Assembly: GCA_963663405.2 (NCBI GenBank)
Contig: CAXXSM010000151.1
Span: 1 to 54,543 of the forward strand
Origin: a bacterium
GTDB lineage: Bacteria > Hinthialibacterota > Hinthialibacteria > Hinthialibacterales > Hinthialibacteraceae
DNA length: 54,543 nucleotides
Reading direction: 5' to 3'
Numbering within the stretch: position 1 is the first letter of the stretch; each line of letters opens with the position of its first letter. Made by a program: the position numbers and the translations under genes. The notes under the pieces were generated by a model that saw nothing but the letters and a program-made list of their open reading frames with translations, did not search any database and was not told the DNA's origin. Positions 53,950 to 54,543 of the stretch are shown piece after piece.

Positions 53950-54543
53950 ATGTCATCCTCTCATAATGGGAAGACTTGATTTACCCCGAGGAGGTCGAGA
54001 AGTTCGAATATCTCCAGAGCTTCTTGAGGAGCAGGTGTACCGCGTCAATTACTTACATTTCCTATATAGAGAAGATAGTCTCTATTCCTTTCAAGGCAAT
54101 CTATCATGGGCCAGAGCCAGATCAGGCATTTTATCATTTCTTTTACCTGGTATATATCAGTTTCTATGAATCATGCGTTATTACAATGACACGACTACTT
54201 ACAGATGAAGGGAAAGATTGTTGCAACACACTTCCAGTGATTCAGACGAGAGTTATTTGTGGAATGGTCAAACCGGAGCATAGAGCGTTGTTTCACAAGT
54301 ACTTGGGTTCTCTACGATCTGATCGGAAGCGTGTGGAGAAACTAGAGCAAAGCTTGAAAAATCTCCGAAATGATCGGATTGCACATTCACTTGGCGATGC
54401 TAGCAAAGAGGACTATCTCACCGAATTTCGCCTTCCGTTGGATGATCTGAAGAAGCTTCGGGATAGCCTCAACAAGTATTATGATGCTTTGTTCAATGAG
54501 CCATTTGGCCAGAGCACCAAAAAAGTGCCGTATTTTCATGATC
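53950..54543 (+). CDS. HEPN-domain (AbiU2-like) protein; 5' part frameshifted; runs off the window end
   Basis: AAAGGAG RBS and ATG at 53950. An open frame from ~54160 reads FYESCVITMTRLLTD..LKNLRNDRIAHS, with the Rx4-6H motif at 54366-54386. Confidence 0.6.

Overview
Bacterial chromosomal window, roughly 50% GC by eye, and probably a long-read/MAG consensus because several genes carry homopolymer-type frameshifts. From left to right: three frameshifted sensor histidine kinases (1-6.1 kb); an N-formylglutamate amidohydrolase / QEGLA zincin / GshB-like ATP-grasp trio; EcsC-like and SDR genes; a 2.7-kb two-ORF DDE insertion sequence with 27-bp TIRs, an 8-bp TSD and a probable -1 frameshift fusion; a sucrose operon (SPS-SPP fusion plus sucrose synthase); rex; an ECF sigma/anti-sigma/secreted-protein unit; an unannotated 25-aa poly-Lys/Asp microprotein; glcF-like, ruvB, pdxA, GH38, amidase and GerMN genes. 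An AT-rich island at ~38.3-45.8 kb encodes a SLOG + double-SLATT protein and, downstream, a Sel1-repeat/multi-TM/TIR- or NDT-like gene. That gene is split by a second IS copy, which itself carries a nested 501-bp MITE. After the island come a second ECF/FecR pair, a candidate structured RNA, dxr, three tandem ABC-2 permease paralogs, and a HEPN-type gene that truncates the last permease. The best candidate for an undescribed system is the SLOG-SLATT plus Sel1-TM-TIR-like pair, a possible nucleotide-signalling defence module. All family calls come from motif recognition by eye; no database search was run.
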